From the NCBI GenBank assembly GCA_964016885.1, contig OZ024744.1:101556001-101620000 (forward strand): a DNA stretch of 64,000 nucleotides. The letters run 5' to 3'. Shown piece by piece: positions 38,407 through 53,400 of this stretch. The translations under genes and the position numbers were made by a program. Numbering within the stretch: the stretch's first letter is position 1; the number at the start of each line of letters is the position of its first letter. Source of the stretch: Eledone cirrhosa. Lineage: Eukaryota. The notes below the pieces were generated by a model, which did no database searches, was not told the DNA's origin, and saw nothing but the letters and a program-made list of their open reading frames with translations.

Positions 38407-41400
38407 GTTGGTTTGTTTATTGTTGGCTTTGCTTATTGTTGGCTTGTTTATTGTTGGTTGGTTTATTGTTGGTTTGTTTATTGTTGGCTTTGCTTATTGT
38501 TGGTTTGTTTATTGTTGGTTTGTTTATTGTTGGTTTTGTTTATTGTTGGTTTGTTTATTGTTGGCTTTGTTTATTGTGGGTTTGTTTATTGTTGGTTTGT
38601 TTATTGTTGGCTTTGTTTATTGTTGGTTTGTTTATTGTTGGGTTGTTTATTGTTGGTTTGTTTATTGTTGGCTTTGTTTATTGTGGGTTTGTTTATTGTT
38701 GGTTTGTTTATTGTTGGCTTTGTTTATTGTGGGTTTGTTTATTGTTGGTTTGTTTATTGTTGGTTTGTTTATTGTTGGTTTGTTTATTGTTCGTTTGTTT
38801 ATTATTGGTTTGTTTATTGTTGGTTTGTTTATTTGTGGCTTTGTTTATTGTTGTTTTGTTTATTGTTGGCTTTGTTTATTCTTGGTTTGTTTATTATTTG
38901 CTTTAATTATTGTTGGTTTGTTTATTGTTGGTTTGTTTATTGTTGGCTTTGTTTATTGTTGCTTTCTTTATTGTTGGCTTTGTTTATTGTTGGTTTGTTT
39001 ATTGTTGGTTTGTTTATTGTTTGTTTGTTTATTGTTGGTTTATTTATTGTTGGCTTTGTTTATTGTTGGTTTGTTTATTGTTGGCTTTGTTTATTGTTGG
39101 TTTGTTTATTGTGGGCTTTGCTTATTGTTGGCTTTGCTTATTGTTGGTTTGTTTATTGTTGGTTGGTTTATTGTTGGCTTTGTTTATTGTTGGCTTTGCT
39201 TATTGTTGGTTTGTTTATTGTTGGTTTGTTTATTTTGGATTTATATATTGTTGGCTTTGTTTATTGTTGGTTTGTTTATTGTTGGCTTTGTTTATTGTTG
39301 GTTTGTTTATTGTTGGTTTGTTTATTGTTGGTTTGTTTATTGTTGGATTTGTTTATTGTTGGTTTGTTTATTGTTTGGTTTGTTTATTGTTGGCTTTGTT
39401 TATTTTGGATTTGTTTATTGTTGGCTTTGTTTATTGTTTGTTTGTTTATTGTTGGCTTTGTTTATTGTTGGTTTGTATATTGTTGGCTTTGTTTATTGTT
39501 GGTTTGTTTATTGTTGACTTTGTTTATTCTTTTTTGTTTATTGTTGGCTTTGTCTATTGTTGGTTTGTTTATTATTGGCTCTGTTTATTGTTGGTTTGTT
39601 TATTGTTGGCTTTGTTTATTGTTGGTTTGTTTATTGTTGGCTTTGTTTATTGTTGGTTTGTTTATTGTTTGGTTTGTTTATTGTTGGCTTTGTTTATTGA
39701 TGGTTGGTTTATTGTTGGTTTGTTTATTGTTGGTTTAATTATTATTGGCTTTGTTTATTGTTGGTTTGTTTATTGTTGGTTTGTTTATTGTTGCCTTGGT
39801 TTATTGTTGGTTTGTTTATTGTTGGCTTGGTTTATTGTTGGTTTGTTTATTGATGGCTTTGTTTATTGTTGGGTTCGTTTATTGTTGTTTTGTTTATTGT
39901 TGGGCTTGTTTATTGTTGGTTTGTTTATTGTTGGCTTTGTTTATTGTTGGTTTCTTTATTGTTGGTTTGTTTATTATTGGCTTTGTTTATTGTCGGTTTG
40001 TTTATTGTTGGTCTGTTTATTGTTGGTTTGTTTATTGTTGGCTTTGTTTATTTTATTTTTTTTTATTGTTGGTTTGTTTATTGTTGGTTTTGTTTATTAT
40101 TGGTTTGTTTATTGTTGGCTATATTTATTGTTGGTTTGTTTATTGTTGGCTTTGTTTATTGTTGGTTTGTTTATTCTTGGTTTGTTTATCGTTGATTTGT
40201 TTATTGTTCGCCTTGTTTATTGTTGGTTTATTTATTGTTGGCTTTGTTTATTGTTGGTTTGTTTATTATTGGCTCTGTTTATTGTAGGTTTGTTTATTGT
40301 TGGTTTGTTTATTGTTGGTTTGTTTATTATTGGCTTCGTTTATTATTGGTTTGTTTATTGTTGGTTTTGTTTATTGTTGGTTTGTTAATTGTTGGTTTGT
40401 TTATTGTTGGCTTTGTTTATTGTTGGTTTGTTTATTGTTGGTTTGTTTATTGTTGGTTTGTTTATTGTTGGATTTGTTTATTGTTGGTTTGTTTATTGTT
40501 GGTTTTGTTTATTGTTGGTTTGTTTATTGTTGGCTTTGTTTATAGGTTGGTTTGTATATTATTGGCTTTGTTTATTGTTGGTTTGTTTATTTTTGGTTTT
40601 TTATTGTTGGCTTTGTTTATTGTTGTTTTGTTTATTGTTGGTTTGTTTATCGTTGGTTTGTTTATAGTTGGTTTGTTTATTGTTGGTTTGTTTATTGTTG
40701 GCTTTGTTTATTATTGGTTTGTTTATTGTTGGTTTCTTTATTGTTGGCTTTGTTTATTGTTGGTTTGTTTATTGTTGGCTTTGTTTATAGTTGGTTTGTT
40801 TATTATTGGCTTTGTTTATTGTTGGTTTGTTTATTGGTGGTTTGCTTATTGTTGGTTTGTTTATTGTTCGCCTTGTTTATTGTTGGTTTATTTATTGTTG
40901 GCTTTGTTTATTGTTGGTTTGTTTATTATTGGCTTTGTTTATTGTTGGTTTGTTTATTGTTGGCTTTGTTTATTGTTGGTTTGTTTATTGTTGGCTTTGT
41001 TTATTGTTGGTTTGTTTATTGTTGGTTTTTTTTATTGTTGGTTTTTTTATTGTTGGCTTTGTTTATTGTTGGTTTATTTACTGTTGCTTTGTTTATTGTT
41101 GGCTTTGTTTATTTTTGGTTTATTTATTGTTGGCTTTGTTTATATTCGGTTTGCTTATTGTTAGCTTTGTTTATTGTAGACTTTGTTTATTGTTGGTTTG
41201 TTTATTGTTGGCTTTGTTCATTGTTGGTTTGTTTATTGTTGGTTTGTTTATTGTTGGCTTTGTTTATTGTTGGTTTGTTTATTGTTGGTTGTTTATTGTT
41301 GGTTTTGTTTATTGTTGGTTTGTTTATTTTTGGCTTTGTTTATTGTTGGTGTGTTTATTATTGGCTTTGTTTATTGTTGGTTTGTTTATTGTTGGATTTT

Positions 41401-44400
41401 TTTATTATTGGCTCTGTTTATTGTAGGTTTGTTTATTGTTGGTTTGTTTATTGTTGGTTTGTTTGTTGTCGGCTTTGTTTATTGTTGGTTTGTTTATTGT
41501 TGGTTTGTTTATTGTTGGTTTGTTTATTGTTTGGTTTGTTTATTGTTGGCTTTGTTTATTGTTGGTTGGTTTATTTTTGGTTTGTTTATTGTTGGTTTGT
41601 TTATTGTTTTTGTTTATTGTTGGTTTGTTTATTGTTGGCTTTGTTTATTGTTGGTTGGTTTATTTTTGGTTTGTTTATTGTTGGTTTGTTTATTGTTTTT
41701 GTTTATTGTTGGTTTGTTAATTGTTGGCTTTGTTTATTGTTGGTTTGTTTATTATTGGCATTGTTTATTGTTGGTTTGTTTATTGTTGGCTTTGTTTATT
41801 GTTGGTTGGTTTATTGTTGGTTTGTTTATTGATGGCTTTGTTTATTGTTGGTTTGTTTATTGTTGGTTTGTTTATTGTTGGGCTTGTTTATTGTTGGTTT
41901 GTTTATTGTTGGCTTTGTTTATTGTTGGTTTCTTTATTGTTGGTTTGTTTATTATTGGCTTTGTTTATTGTTGGTTTGTTTATTGTTGGTCTGTTTATTG
42001 TTGGTTTGTTTATTGTTGGCTTTGTTTATTTTAGTTTTTTTTTATTGTTGGTTTGTTTATTGTAGGTTTTGTTTATTATTGGTGTGTTTATTGTTGGCTA
42101 TATTTATTGTTGTTTTGTTTATTGTTGGCTTTGTTTATTGTTGGTTTGTTTATTCTTGGTTTGTTTATTGTTGGTTTGTTTATTGTTCGCTTGTTTATTG
42201 TTGGTTTATTTATTGTTGGCTTTGTTTATTGTTGGTTTGTTTATTATTGCCTTTGTTTATTGTTGGTTTGTTTATTCTTGGCTTTGTTTATTGTTGGTTT
42301 GTTTATTGTTGGCTTTGTTTATTGTTTTTTTGTTTATTGTTGGCCTTGTTTATTGTTGGTTTGTTTATTATTGGCTCTGTTTATTGTAGGTTTGTTTATT
42401 GTTGGTTTGTTTATTGTTGGTTTGTTTAATATTGGCTTCGTTTATTATTGGTTTGTTTATTGTTGGTTTTGTTTATTGTTGGTTTGTTAATTGTTGGTTG
42501 TTTATTGTTGGCTTTGTTTATTGTTGGTTTGCTTATTGTTGGATTTGTTTATTGTTTGTTTGTTTATTGTTGGTTTGTTTATTGTTGGCTTTGTTTATTG
42601 TTGGTTTGTTTATAATTGGCTTTGTTTATTGTTGGTTTCTTTATTTTTGGTTTTTTATTGTTGGCTTTGTTTATTGTTGTTTTGTTTATTGTTGCTTTGT
42701 TTATTGTTGGTTTGTTTATAGTTGGTTTGTTTATTGTTGGTTTGGTTATTGTTGGCTTTGTTTATTGTTGGTTTGTCTATTGTTGGTTTGTTTATTGTTG
42801 GCTTTGTTTATAGTTGGTTTGTTTATTGTTGGTTTGTTTATTTTTGGTCTGATTATTATTGGCTTTGTTTATTGTTGGTTTGTTTATTGTTGGTTTGCTT
42901 ATTGTTGGTTTGTTTATTGTTCGCCTTGTTTATTGTTGGTTTATTTATTGTTGGCTTTGTTTATTGTTGGTTTGTTTATTATTGGCTTTGTTTATTGTTG
43001 GTTTGTTTATTGTTGGCTTTGTTTATTGTTGGTTTGTTTATTGTTGGCTTTGTTTATTGTTTTTTTGTTTATCGTTGGCTTTGTTTATTGTTGGTTTGTT
43101 TATTATTGGCTCTGTTTATTGTAGGTTTGTTTATTGTTGGTTTGTTTATCGTTGGTTTGTTTATTGTTGGTTTTTTTATTGTTGGTTTGTTCATTGTTGG
43201 CTTTGTTTATTGTTGGTTCGTTTACTGTTGCTTTGATTATTGTTGGCTTTGTTTATTTTTGGTTTGTTTATTGTTGGCTTTGTTTATATTTGGTTTGTTT
43301 ATTGTTGGCTTTGTTTATTGTAGACTTTGTTTATTGTTGGTTTGTTTATTATAGGCTTTGTTCATTGTTGTTTTGTTTATTGTTGGTTTGTTTATTGTTG
43401 GCTTTGTTTATTGTTGGTTTGTTTATTGTTGGTTTGTTTATTGTTGGTTATGTTTATTATTGGTTTGTTTATTGTTGGCTTTGTTTATTGTTGGTTTATT
43501 TATTGTTGGCTTTGTTTATTGTTGGTTTGTTTATTATTGGCTTTGTTTATTGTTGGTTTGTTTATTGTTGGCTTTGTTTATTGTTGGTTTGTTTATTTTT
43601 GGCTTTGTTTATTGTTGGTTTGTTTATTGTTGGTTTCTTTATTTTTGGCTTTGTTTATTGTTGGTTTCTTTATTGTTGGTTTTGTTTATTGTATGGTTTG
43701 TTTATCGTTAGCTTTGTTGAATGTTGGTTTATTTATTGTTGGTTTTGTTTATTGTTGGTTTGTTTATTATTGCCTTTGTTTATTGTTGGTTTGTTTATTG
43801 TTGGCTTTGTTTATTGTTGGTTTGTTTATTGTTGGCTTTGTTTATTGTTTTTTTTGTTTATTGTTGGCCTTGTTTATTGTTGGTTTGTTTATTATTGGCT
43901 CTGTTTATTGTAGGTTTGTTTATTGTTGGTTTGTTTATTGTTGGTTTGTTTATTATTGGCTTCGTTTATTATTGGTTTGTTTATTGTTGGTTTTGTTTAT
44001 TGTTGGTTTGTTAATTGTTCGTTGTTTATTGTTGGCTTTGTTTATTGTTGGTTTGTTTATTGTTGGCTTTGTTTATTGTTGGTTTGTTTATTGTTGGATT
44101 TGTTTATTGTTTGTTTGTTTATTGTTGGTTTTGTTTATTGTTGGTTTGTTTATTGTTGGCTTTGTTTATTGTTGGTTTGTTTATTATTGGCTTTGTTTAT
44201 TGTTGGTTTGTTTATTTTTGGTTTTTTATTGTTGGCTTTGTTTATTGTTGTTTTGTTTATTGTTGCTTTGTTTATTGTTGGTTTGTTTATAGTTGGTTTG
44301 TTTATTGTTGGTTTGTTTATTGTTGGCTTTGTTTATTGTTGGTTTGTCTATTGTTGGTTTCTTTATTGTTGGCTTTGTTTATTGTTGGTTTGTTTATTGT

Positions 44401-47400
44401 TGGCTTTGTTTATAGTTGGTTTGTTTATTGTTGGTTTGTTTATTTTTGTTCTGATTATTATTGGCTTTGTTTATTGTTGGTTTGTTTATTGTTGGTTTGC
44501 TTATTGTTGGTTTGTTTATTGTTCGCCTTGTTTATTGTTGGTTTATTTATTGTTGGCTTTGTTTATTGTTGGTTTTTTTTTATTATTGGCTTTGTTTATT
44601 GTTGGTTTGTTTATTGCTGGCTTTGTTTATTGTTGGTTTGTTTATTGTTGGCTTTGTTTATTGTTTTTTTGTTTATCGTTGGCTTTGTTTATTGTTGGTT
44701 TGTTTATTATTGGCTCTGTTTATTGTAGGTTTGTTTATTGTTGGTTTGTTTATCGTTGGTTTGTTTATTGTTGGTTTTTTTATTGTTGGTTTGTTCATTG
44801 TTGGCTTTGTTTATTGTTGGTTCGTTTACTGTTGCTTTGATTATTGTTGGCTTTGTTTATTTTTGGTTTGTTTATTGTTGGCTTTATTTATATTTGGTTT
44901 GTTTATTGTTGGCTTTGTTTATTGTAGACTTTGTTTATTGTTGGTTTGTTTATTATAGGCTTTGTTCATTGTTGTTTTGTTTATTGTTGGTTTGTTTATT
45001 GTTGGCTTTGTTTATTGTTGGTTTGTTTATTGTTGGTTTGTTTATTGTTGGTTATGTTTATTATTGGTTTGTTTATTGTTGGCTTTGTTTATTGTTGGTT
45101 TGTTTATTGTTGGCTTTGTTTATTGTTGGTTTGTTTATTATTGGCTTTGTTTATTGTTCGTTTGTTTATTGTTGGCTTTGTTTATTGTTGGTTTGTTTAT
45201 TTTTGGCTTTGTTTATTGTTGGTTTGTTTATTGTTGGTTTCTTTATTTTTGGCTTTGTTTATTGTTGGTTTCTTTATTGTTGGTTTTGTTTATTGTATGG
45301 TTTGTTTATCGTTAGCTTTGTTGAATGTTGGTTTATTTATTGTTGGTTTTGTTTATTGTTGGTTTGTTTATCGTTAGCTTTGTTGAATGTTGGTTTATTT
45401 ATTGTTGGCGTTGTTTATTGTTGGTTTGTTTATCGTTGGTTTGTTTATTATTGGCTTTGTTTATTGTTGGTTTGTTTATAGTTGGTTTGTTTATTGTTGG
45501 TTTGTGTATTGTTGGCTTTGTTTATTGTTGGTTTGTTTATTGCTGGTTTGTTTATTGTTGGCTTTGTTTATTGTTGGTTTGTTTATTGTTGGTTTTTTTA
45601 TTGTTGGTTTGTTCATTGTTGGCTTTGTTTATTGTTGGTTCGTTTACTGTTGCTTTGATTATTGTTGGCTTTGTTTATTTTTGGTTTGTTTATTGTTGGC
45701 TTTGTTTATATTTGGTTTGTTTATTGTTGGCTTTGTTTATTGTAGACTTTGTTTATTGTTGGTTTGTTTATTATAGGCTTTGTTCATTGTTGGTTTGTTT
45801 ATTGTTGGTTTGTTTATTGTTGGCTTTGTTTATTGTTGGTTTGTTTATTGTTGGTTTGTTTATTGTTGGTTATGTTTATTATTGGTTTGTTTATTGTTGG
45901 CTATGTCTATTGTTGGTTTGTTTATTGTTGGCTTTGTTTATTGTTGGTTTGTTTATTATTGGCTTTGTTTATTGTTGGTTTGTTTATTGTTGGCTTTGTT
46001 TATTGTTGGTTTGTTTATTGTTGGTTTGTTTATTTTTGGCTTTGTTTATTGTTGGTTTCTTTATTGTTGGTTTTGTTTATTGTATGGTTTGTTTATCGTT
46101 AGCTTTGTTGAATGTTGGTTTATTTATTGTTGGTTTTGTTTATTGTTGGTTTGTTTATCGTTAGCTTTGTTGAATGTTGGTTTATTTATTGTTGGCGTTG
46201 TTTATTGTTGGTTTGTTTATCGTTGGTTTGTTTATTATTGGCTTTGTTTATTGTTGGTTTGTTTATAGTTGGTTTGTTTATTGTTGGTTTGTGTATTGTT
46301 GGCTTTGTTTATTGTTGGTTTGTTTATTGCTGGTTTGTTTATTGTTGGCTTTGTTTATTGTTGGTTTGTTTATTGTTGGTTTTTTTATTGTTGGTTTGTT
46401 CATTGTTGGCTTTGTTTATTGTTGGTTCGTTTACTGTTGCTTTGATTATTGTTGGCTTTGTTTATTTTTGGTTTGTTTATTGTTGGCTTTGTTTATATTT
46501 GGTTTGTTTATTGTTGGCTTTGTTTATTGTAGACTTTGTTTATTGTTGGTTTGTTTATTATAGGCTTTGTTCATTGTTGGTTTGTTTATTGTTGGTTTGT
46601 TTATTGTTGGCTTTGTTTATTGTTGGTTTGTTTATTGTTGGTTTGTTTATTGTTGGTTATGTTTATTGTTGGTTTGTTTATTGTTGGCTTTGTTTATTGT
46701 TGGTTTGTTTATTATTGGCTTTGTTTATTGTTGGTTTGTTTATTGTTGGCTTTGTTTATTGTTGGTTTGTTTATTTTTGGCTTTGTTTATTGTTGGTTTG
46801 TTTATTGTTGGTTTGTTTATTTTTGGCTTTGTTTATTGTTGGTTTCTTTATTGTTGGTTTTGTTTATTGTATGGTTTGTTTATCGTTAGCTTTGTTGAAT
46901 GTTGGTTTATTTATTGTTGGTTTTGTTTATTGTTGGTTTGTTTATCGTTAGATTTGTTGAATGTTGGTTTATTTATTGTTGGCTTTGTTTATTGTTGGTT
47001 TGTTTACTATTGGCGTTGTTTATTGTTGGTTTGTTTATCGTTGGTTTGTTTATTATTGGCTTTGTTTATTGTTGGTTTGTTTATTGTTGGTTTGTTTATT
47101 GCTGGTTTGTTTATTGTTGGCTTTGTTTATTGTTGGTTTGTTTATTGTTCGCCTTCTTTATTGTTGGTATATTTATTGTTGTCTTTGTTTATTGTTTTTT
47201 TTTATTATTGGCTTTGTTTATTGTAGATTTGTTTATTGTTGGCTTGTTTATTGTTGGCTTTGTTAATTGTTGGTTTGTTTAATGTTGGCTTTGTTTATTG
47301 TTGGTTTGTTTATTGTTGACTTTGTTTATTGTTGGTTTGTTTATTGTTGGTTTTGGTTATTGTTGGTTTGTTTATTGTTGGCTTTGTTTATTGTTGGTTT

Positions 47401-50400
47401 GTTTATTGTTGACTTTGTTTATTGTTGGTTTGTTTATTGTTGGCTTTGTTTATTGTTGGTTTGTTTATTGTTGGCTTTGTTTATTGTTGGTTTGTTTATT
47501 GTTTGGTTTGTTTATTGTTGGCTTTGTTTATTGTTGGTTTGTTTATTGTTGGTTTGTTTATTGTTGGTTTGTTTATTATTGGCTTTGTTTATTGTTGGTT
47601 TCTGTATTGTTGGTTTGTTTATTGTTGGCTTGGTTTATTGTTGGTTTGTTTATTGTTGGCTTTGTTTATTATTGGTTTGTTTATTGTTGGCTTTGTTTAT
47701 TGTGCGATTTTTTATTGTTTTTATTTATTGGTGGTTTGTTTAATTGTTGGCTTTGTTTATTGATGGTTTGTTTATTATTGGCTTTGTTTATTGTTGGTTT
47801 GTTTATTGTTGGTTTGTTTATGTTTGGCTTTGTTTATTGTTGGTTTGTTTATTGTTGGTTTGTTTTTTGTTGGCTTTGTTTATTGTTGGTTTGCTTATGT
47901 TGGCTTTGTTTATTGTTGGTTTGTTTATTGTTGGTTTGTTTATCGTTAGCTTTGTTTAATGTTGGTTTATTTATTGATGGCTTTGTTTATTGTTGGTTCG
48001 TTTATTGTTGGCTTTGTTTATTGTTGGTTTGTTTATTATTGGCTTTTTTCATTGCTGGTTTGTTTATTGTTGGGTTTCTATATTGTTGTCAGTCTAATAC
48101 TTTACTGTCTATAGTTAGTCTAATATTTTACAGTCTATAGTTAGTCTAATACTTTACAGTTTATAGTTAGTCTAATACTTTAGTGTCTATAGTTAGTCTG
48201 ATACTTTACAGTCTATAGTTTGTCTAATACTTTACTGTCTTATGAGAAGCTAAATATTATTTGTTTATTGTTGGTTTCTTTATTGCTGGTTTTGTTTATT
48301 GTTGGTTTGTTTATTATTGGCTTTGTTTATTGTGGGTTTGTTTATTGTTGGCTTTGTTTATTTTTGTTTTTTTTATTGTTGGCTTTGTTTATTGTTGTTT
48401 TGTTTATTGTTGGTTTGTTTATTGTTTTTGTTTATTGTTGGTTTGTTTATTGTTGGCTTTGTTTATTGTTGGTTTGTTTATTATTGGTTTGTTTATTGTT
48501 GGTTTGTTTATTGTTGGTTTGTTTATTATTGGCTTTGTTTATAGTTGGTTTGTTTATTGTTGGCTTTGTTTATTGTTGGTTTGTTTATTTTTGCCTTTGA
48601 TTATTGTTGGTTTGTTTATTGTTGGATTTGTTTATTGTTTGTTTGTTTTTTATTGGCTCTGTTTATTGTTCGTTTGTTTCTTGTTGGCTTTGACTATTGT
48701 TTGTTTCATTATTGTTGGCTTTGTTTATTGTTGGTTTCTTTATTGTTGGTTTGTTTATTGTTGGCATTGTATATTGTTGGTTTGTTTATTGTTGGCTTTG
48801 TTTATCGTTGGTTTGTTTATTGGTGGTTTGTTTATTTTTGGTTTGTTTATTATTGGTTTGTTTATTATTGGTTTGTTTATTGTTGGTTTGTTTATTGTTG
48901 GTTTCTATGTTGTTGGTTTGTTTATTGTTGGATTGTTTATTGTAGGTTTGTTTATTGTTGGTTTTGTTTATTGTTGGTTTGTTTATTGTTGGCTTTGTTT
49001 ATTGTTGGTTTGTTTATTATTGGTTTGTTTATTGTGGCTTTGTTTATTGTTGGTTTGTTTATTGTTAATTTGTTTATTATTGGCTTTGTTTATTGTTGGT
49101 TTGTTTATTGATGGTTTGTTTATTAGTGGCTTTGTTATTGTTGGTTTGTTTATTGTTGGTTTGTTTAGTGTTGGTTGGTTTATTGTTGGTTTGTTTATTG
49201 TTGTCTTTGTTTATTGTTGGTTTGTTAATTGTTGGTTTGTTTATTGTTGGTTTGTTTATTGTTGGCTTCGTTTATTATTGGTTTGTTTATTGTTGGTTTT
49301 GTTTATTGTTGGTTTGTTAATTGTTGGTTGTTTATTGTTGTTTATTGTTGGCTTTGTTTATTGTTGGTTTGTTTATTGTTGGATTTGTTTATTGTTTGTT
49401 TGTTTATTGTTGGTTTTGTTTATTGTTGGTTTGTTTATTGTTGGCTTTGTTTATTGTTGGTTTGTTTATTATTGGCTTTGTTTATTGTTGGTTTGTTTAT
49501 TTTTGGTTTTTTATTGTTGGCTTTGTTTATTGTTGTTTTGTTTATTGTTGCTTTGTTTATTGTTGGTTTGTTTATAGTTAGTTTGTTTATTGTTGGTTTG
49601 TTTATTTTTAGCTTTGTTTATTGTTGGTTTGTCTACTGTTGGTTTCTTTATTGTTGGCTTTGTTTATTGTTGGTTTGTTTATTGTTGGCTTTGTTTATAG
49701 TTGGTTTGTTTATTGTTGGTTTGTTTATTTTTGGTCTGATTATTATTGGCTTTGTTTATTGTTGGTTTGTTTATTGTTGGTTTGCTTATTGTTGGTTTGT
49801 TTATTGTTCGCCTTGTTTATTGTTGGTTTATTTATTGTTGGCTTTGTTTATTGTTGGTTTGTTTATTATTGGCTTTGTTTATTGTTGGTTTGTTTATTGT
49901 TGGCTTTGTTTATTGTTGGTTTGTTTATTGTTGGCTTTGTTTATTGTTTTCTTGTTTATCGTTGGCTTTGTTTATTGTTGGTTTGTTTATTATTGGCTCT
50001 GTTTATTGTAGGTTTGTTTATTGTTGGTTTGTTTATCGTTGGTTTGTTTATTGTTGGTTTTTTTATTGTTGGTTTGTTCATTGTTGGCTTTGTTTATTGT
50101 TGGTTCGTTTACTGTTGCTTTGATTATTGTTGGCTTTGTTTATTTTTGGTTTGTTTATTGTTGGCTTTGTTTATATTTGGTTTGTTTATTGTTGGCTTTG
50201 TTTATTGTAGACTTTGTTTATTGTTGGTTTGTTTATTATAGGCTTTGTTCATTGTTGTTTTGTTTATTGTTGGTTTGTTTATTGTTGGCTTTGTTTATTG
50301 TTGGTTTGTTTATTGTTGGTTTGTTTATTGTTGGTTATGTTTATTATTGGTTTGTTTATTGTTGGCTTTGTTTATTGTTGGTTTGTTTATTGTTGGCTTT

Positions 50401-53400
50401 GTTTATTGTTGGTTTGTTTATTATTGGTTTTGTTTATTGTTGGTTTGTTTATTGTTGGCTTTGTTTATTGTTGGTTTGTTTATTTTTGGCTTTGTTTATT
50501 GTTGGTTTGTTTATTGTTGGTTTCTTTATTTTTGGCTTTGTTTATTGTTGGTTTCTCTATTGTTGGTTTTGTTTATTGTATGGTTTGTTTATCGTTAGCT
50601 TTGTTGAATGTTGGTTTATTTATTGTTGGTTTTGTTTATTGTTGGTTTGTTTATCGTTAGCTTTGTTGAATGTTGGTTTATTTATTGTTGGCGTTGTTTA
50701 TTGTTGGTTTGTTTATCGTTGGTTTGTTTATTATTGGCTTTGTTTATTGTTGGTTTGTTTATAGTTGGTTTGTTTATTGTTGGTTTGTTTATTGTTGGCT
50801 TTGTTTATTGTTGGTTTGTTTATTGCTGGTTAGTTTATTGTTGGCTTTGTTTATTGTTGGTTTGTTTATTGTTGGTTTTTTTATTGTTGGTTTGTTCATT
50901 GTTGGCTTTGTTTATTGTTGGTTCGTTTACTGTTGCTTTGATTATTGTTGGCTTTGTTTATTTTTGGTTTGTTTATTGTTGGCTTTGTTTATATTTGGTT
51001 TGTTTATTGTTGGCTTTGTTTATTGTAGACTTTGTTTATTGTTGGTTTGTTTATTATAGGCTTTGTTCATTGTTGGTTTGTTTATTGTTGGTTTGTTTAT
51101 TGTTGGCTTTGTTTATTGTTGGTTTGTTTATTGTTGGTTTGTTTATTGTTGGTTATGTTTATTATTGGTTTGTTTATTGTTGGCTATGTTTATTGTTGGT
51201 TTATTTATTGTTGGCTTTGTTTATTGTTGGTTTGTTTATTATTGACTTTGTTTATTGTTGGTTTGTTTATTGTTGGCTTTGTTTATTGTTGGTTTGTTTA
51301 TTTTTGGCTTTGTTTATTGTTGGTTTGTTTATTGTTGGTTTGTTTATTTTTGGCTTTGTTTATTGTTGGTTTCTTTATTGTTGGTTTTGTTTATTGTATG
51401 GTTTGTTTATCGTTAGATTTGTTGAATGTTGGTTTATTTATTGTTGGCTTTGTTTATTGTTGGTTTGTTTACTATTGGCGTTGTTTATTGTTGGTTTGTT
51501 TATCGTTGGTTTGTTTATTATTGGCTTTGTTTATTGTTGGTTTGTTTATTGTTGGTTTGTTTATTGCTGGTTTGTTTAATGTTGGCTTTGTTTATTGTTG
51601 GTTTGTTTATTGTTCGCCTTCTTTATTGTTGGTTTATTTATTGTTGTCTTTGTTTATTGTTTTTTTTTATTATTGGCTTTGTTTATTGTAGATTTGTTTA
51701 TTGTTGGCTTTGTTTATTGTTGGTTTGTTTATTGCTGGCTTTGTTAATTGTTGGTTTGTTTAATGTTGGCTTTGTTTATTGTTGGTTTGTTTATTGTTGG
51801 CTTTGTTTATTGTTGGTTTGTTTATTGTTGGTTTTGGTTATTGTTGGTTTGTTTATTGTTGGCTTTGTTTATTGGTGGTTTGTTTATTGTTGACTTTGTT
51901 TATTGTTGGTTTGTTTATTGTTGGCTTTGTTTATTGTTGGTTTGTTTATTGTTGGCTTTGTTTATTGTTGGTTTGTTTATTGTTTGGTTTGTTTATTGTT
52001 GGCTTTGTTTATTGTTGGTTGGTTTATTGTTGGTTTGTTTATTGTTGGTTTGTTTATTATTGGCTTTGTTTATTGTTGGTTTGTTTATTGTTGGTTTGTT
52101 TATTGTTGGCTTGGTTTAATGTTGGTTTGTTTATTGTTGGCTTTGTTTATTATTGGTTTGTTTATTGTAGGCTTTGTTTATTGTGCGATTTTTTATTGTT
52201 TTTATTTATTGGTGGTTTGTTTAATTGTTGGCTTTGTTTATTGATGGTTTGTTTATTATTGGCTTTGTTTATTGTTGGTTTGTTTATTGTTGGTTTGTTT
52301 ATGGTTGGCTTCGTTTCTTGTTGGTTTGTTTATTGTTGGTTTGTTTTTTGTTGGCTTTGTTTATTGTTGGTTTGCTTATGTTGGCTTTGTTTATTGTTGG
52401 TTTGTTTATTGTTGGTTTGTTTATCGTTAGCTTTGTTTAATGTTGGTTTATTTATTGATGGCTTTGTTTATTGTTGGTTCGTTTATTGTTGGCTTTGTTT
52501 ATTGTTGGTTTGTTTATTATTGGCTTTTTTCATTGCTGGTTTGTTTATTGTTGGGTTTCTTTATTGTTGGTTTGTTTATTTTTGGCTTTGTTTATTGTTG
52601 GTTTGTTTATTGTTGGTTTGTTTATTTTTGGCTTTGTTTATTGTTGGTTTCTTTATTGTTGGTTTTGTTTATTGTATGGTTTGTTTATCGTTAGATTTGT
52701 TGAATGTTGGTTTATTTATTGTTGGCTTTGTTTATTGTTGGTTTGTTTACTATTGGCGTTGTTTATTGTTGGTTTGTTTATCGTTGGTTTGTTTATTATT
52801 GGCTTTGTTTATTGTTGGTTTGTTTATTGTTGGTTTGTTTATTGCTGGTTTGTTTAATGTTGGCTTTGTTTATTGTTGGTTTGTTTATTGTTCGCCTTCT
52901 TTATTGTTGGTTTATTTATTGTTGTCTTTGTTTATTGTTTTTTTTTATTATTGGCTTTGTTTATTGTAGATTTGTTTATTGTTGGCTTTGTTTATTGTTG
53001 GTTTGTTTATTGCTGGCTTTGTTAATTGTTGGTTTGTTTAATGTTGGCTTTGTTTATTGTTGGTTTGTTTATTGTTGGCTTTGTTTATTGTTGGTTTGTT
53101 TATTGTTGGTTTTGGTTATTGTTGGTTTGTTTATTGTTGGCTTTGTTTATTGTTGGTTTGTTTATTGTTGACTTTGTTTATTGTTGGTTTGTTTATTGTT
53201 GGCTTTGTTTATTGTTGGTTTGTTTATTGTTGGCTTTGTTTATTGTTGGTTTGTTTATTGTTTGGTTTGTTTATTGTTGGCTTTGTTTATTGTTGGTTGG
53301 TTTATTGTTGGTTTGTTTATTGTTGGTTTGTTTATTATTGGCTTTGTTTATTGTTGGTTTGTTTATTGTTGGTTTGTTTATTGTTGGCTTGGTTTAATGT

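Larger units (their letters stand above)
36069..39110. repeat. Composite unit copy 3 (satA cassette, satB 36218-36784, SINEs, RTE fragment, (TA)n, hammerhead region), running into the large satC array
   Basis: Near-identical to copy 2 and collinear until about 39110. Confidence 0.92.
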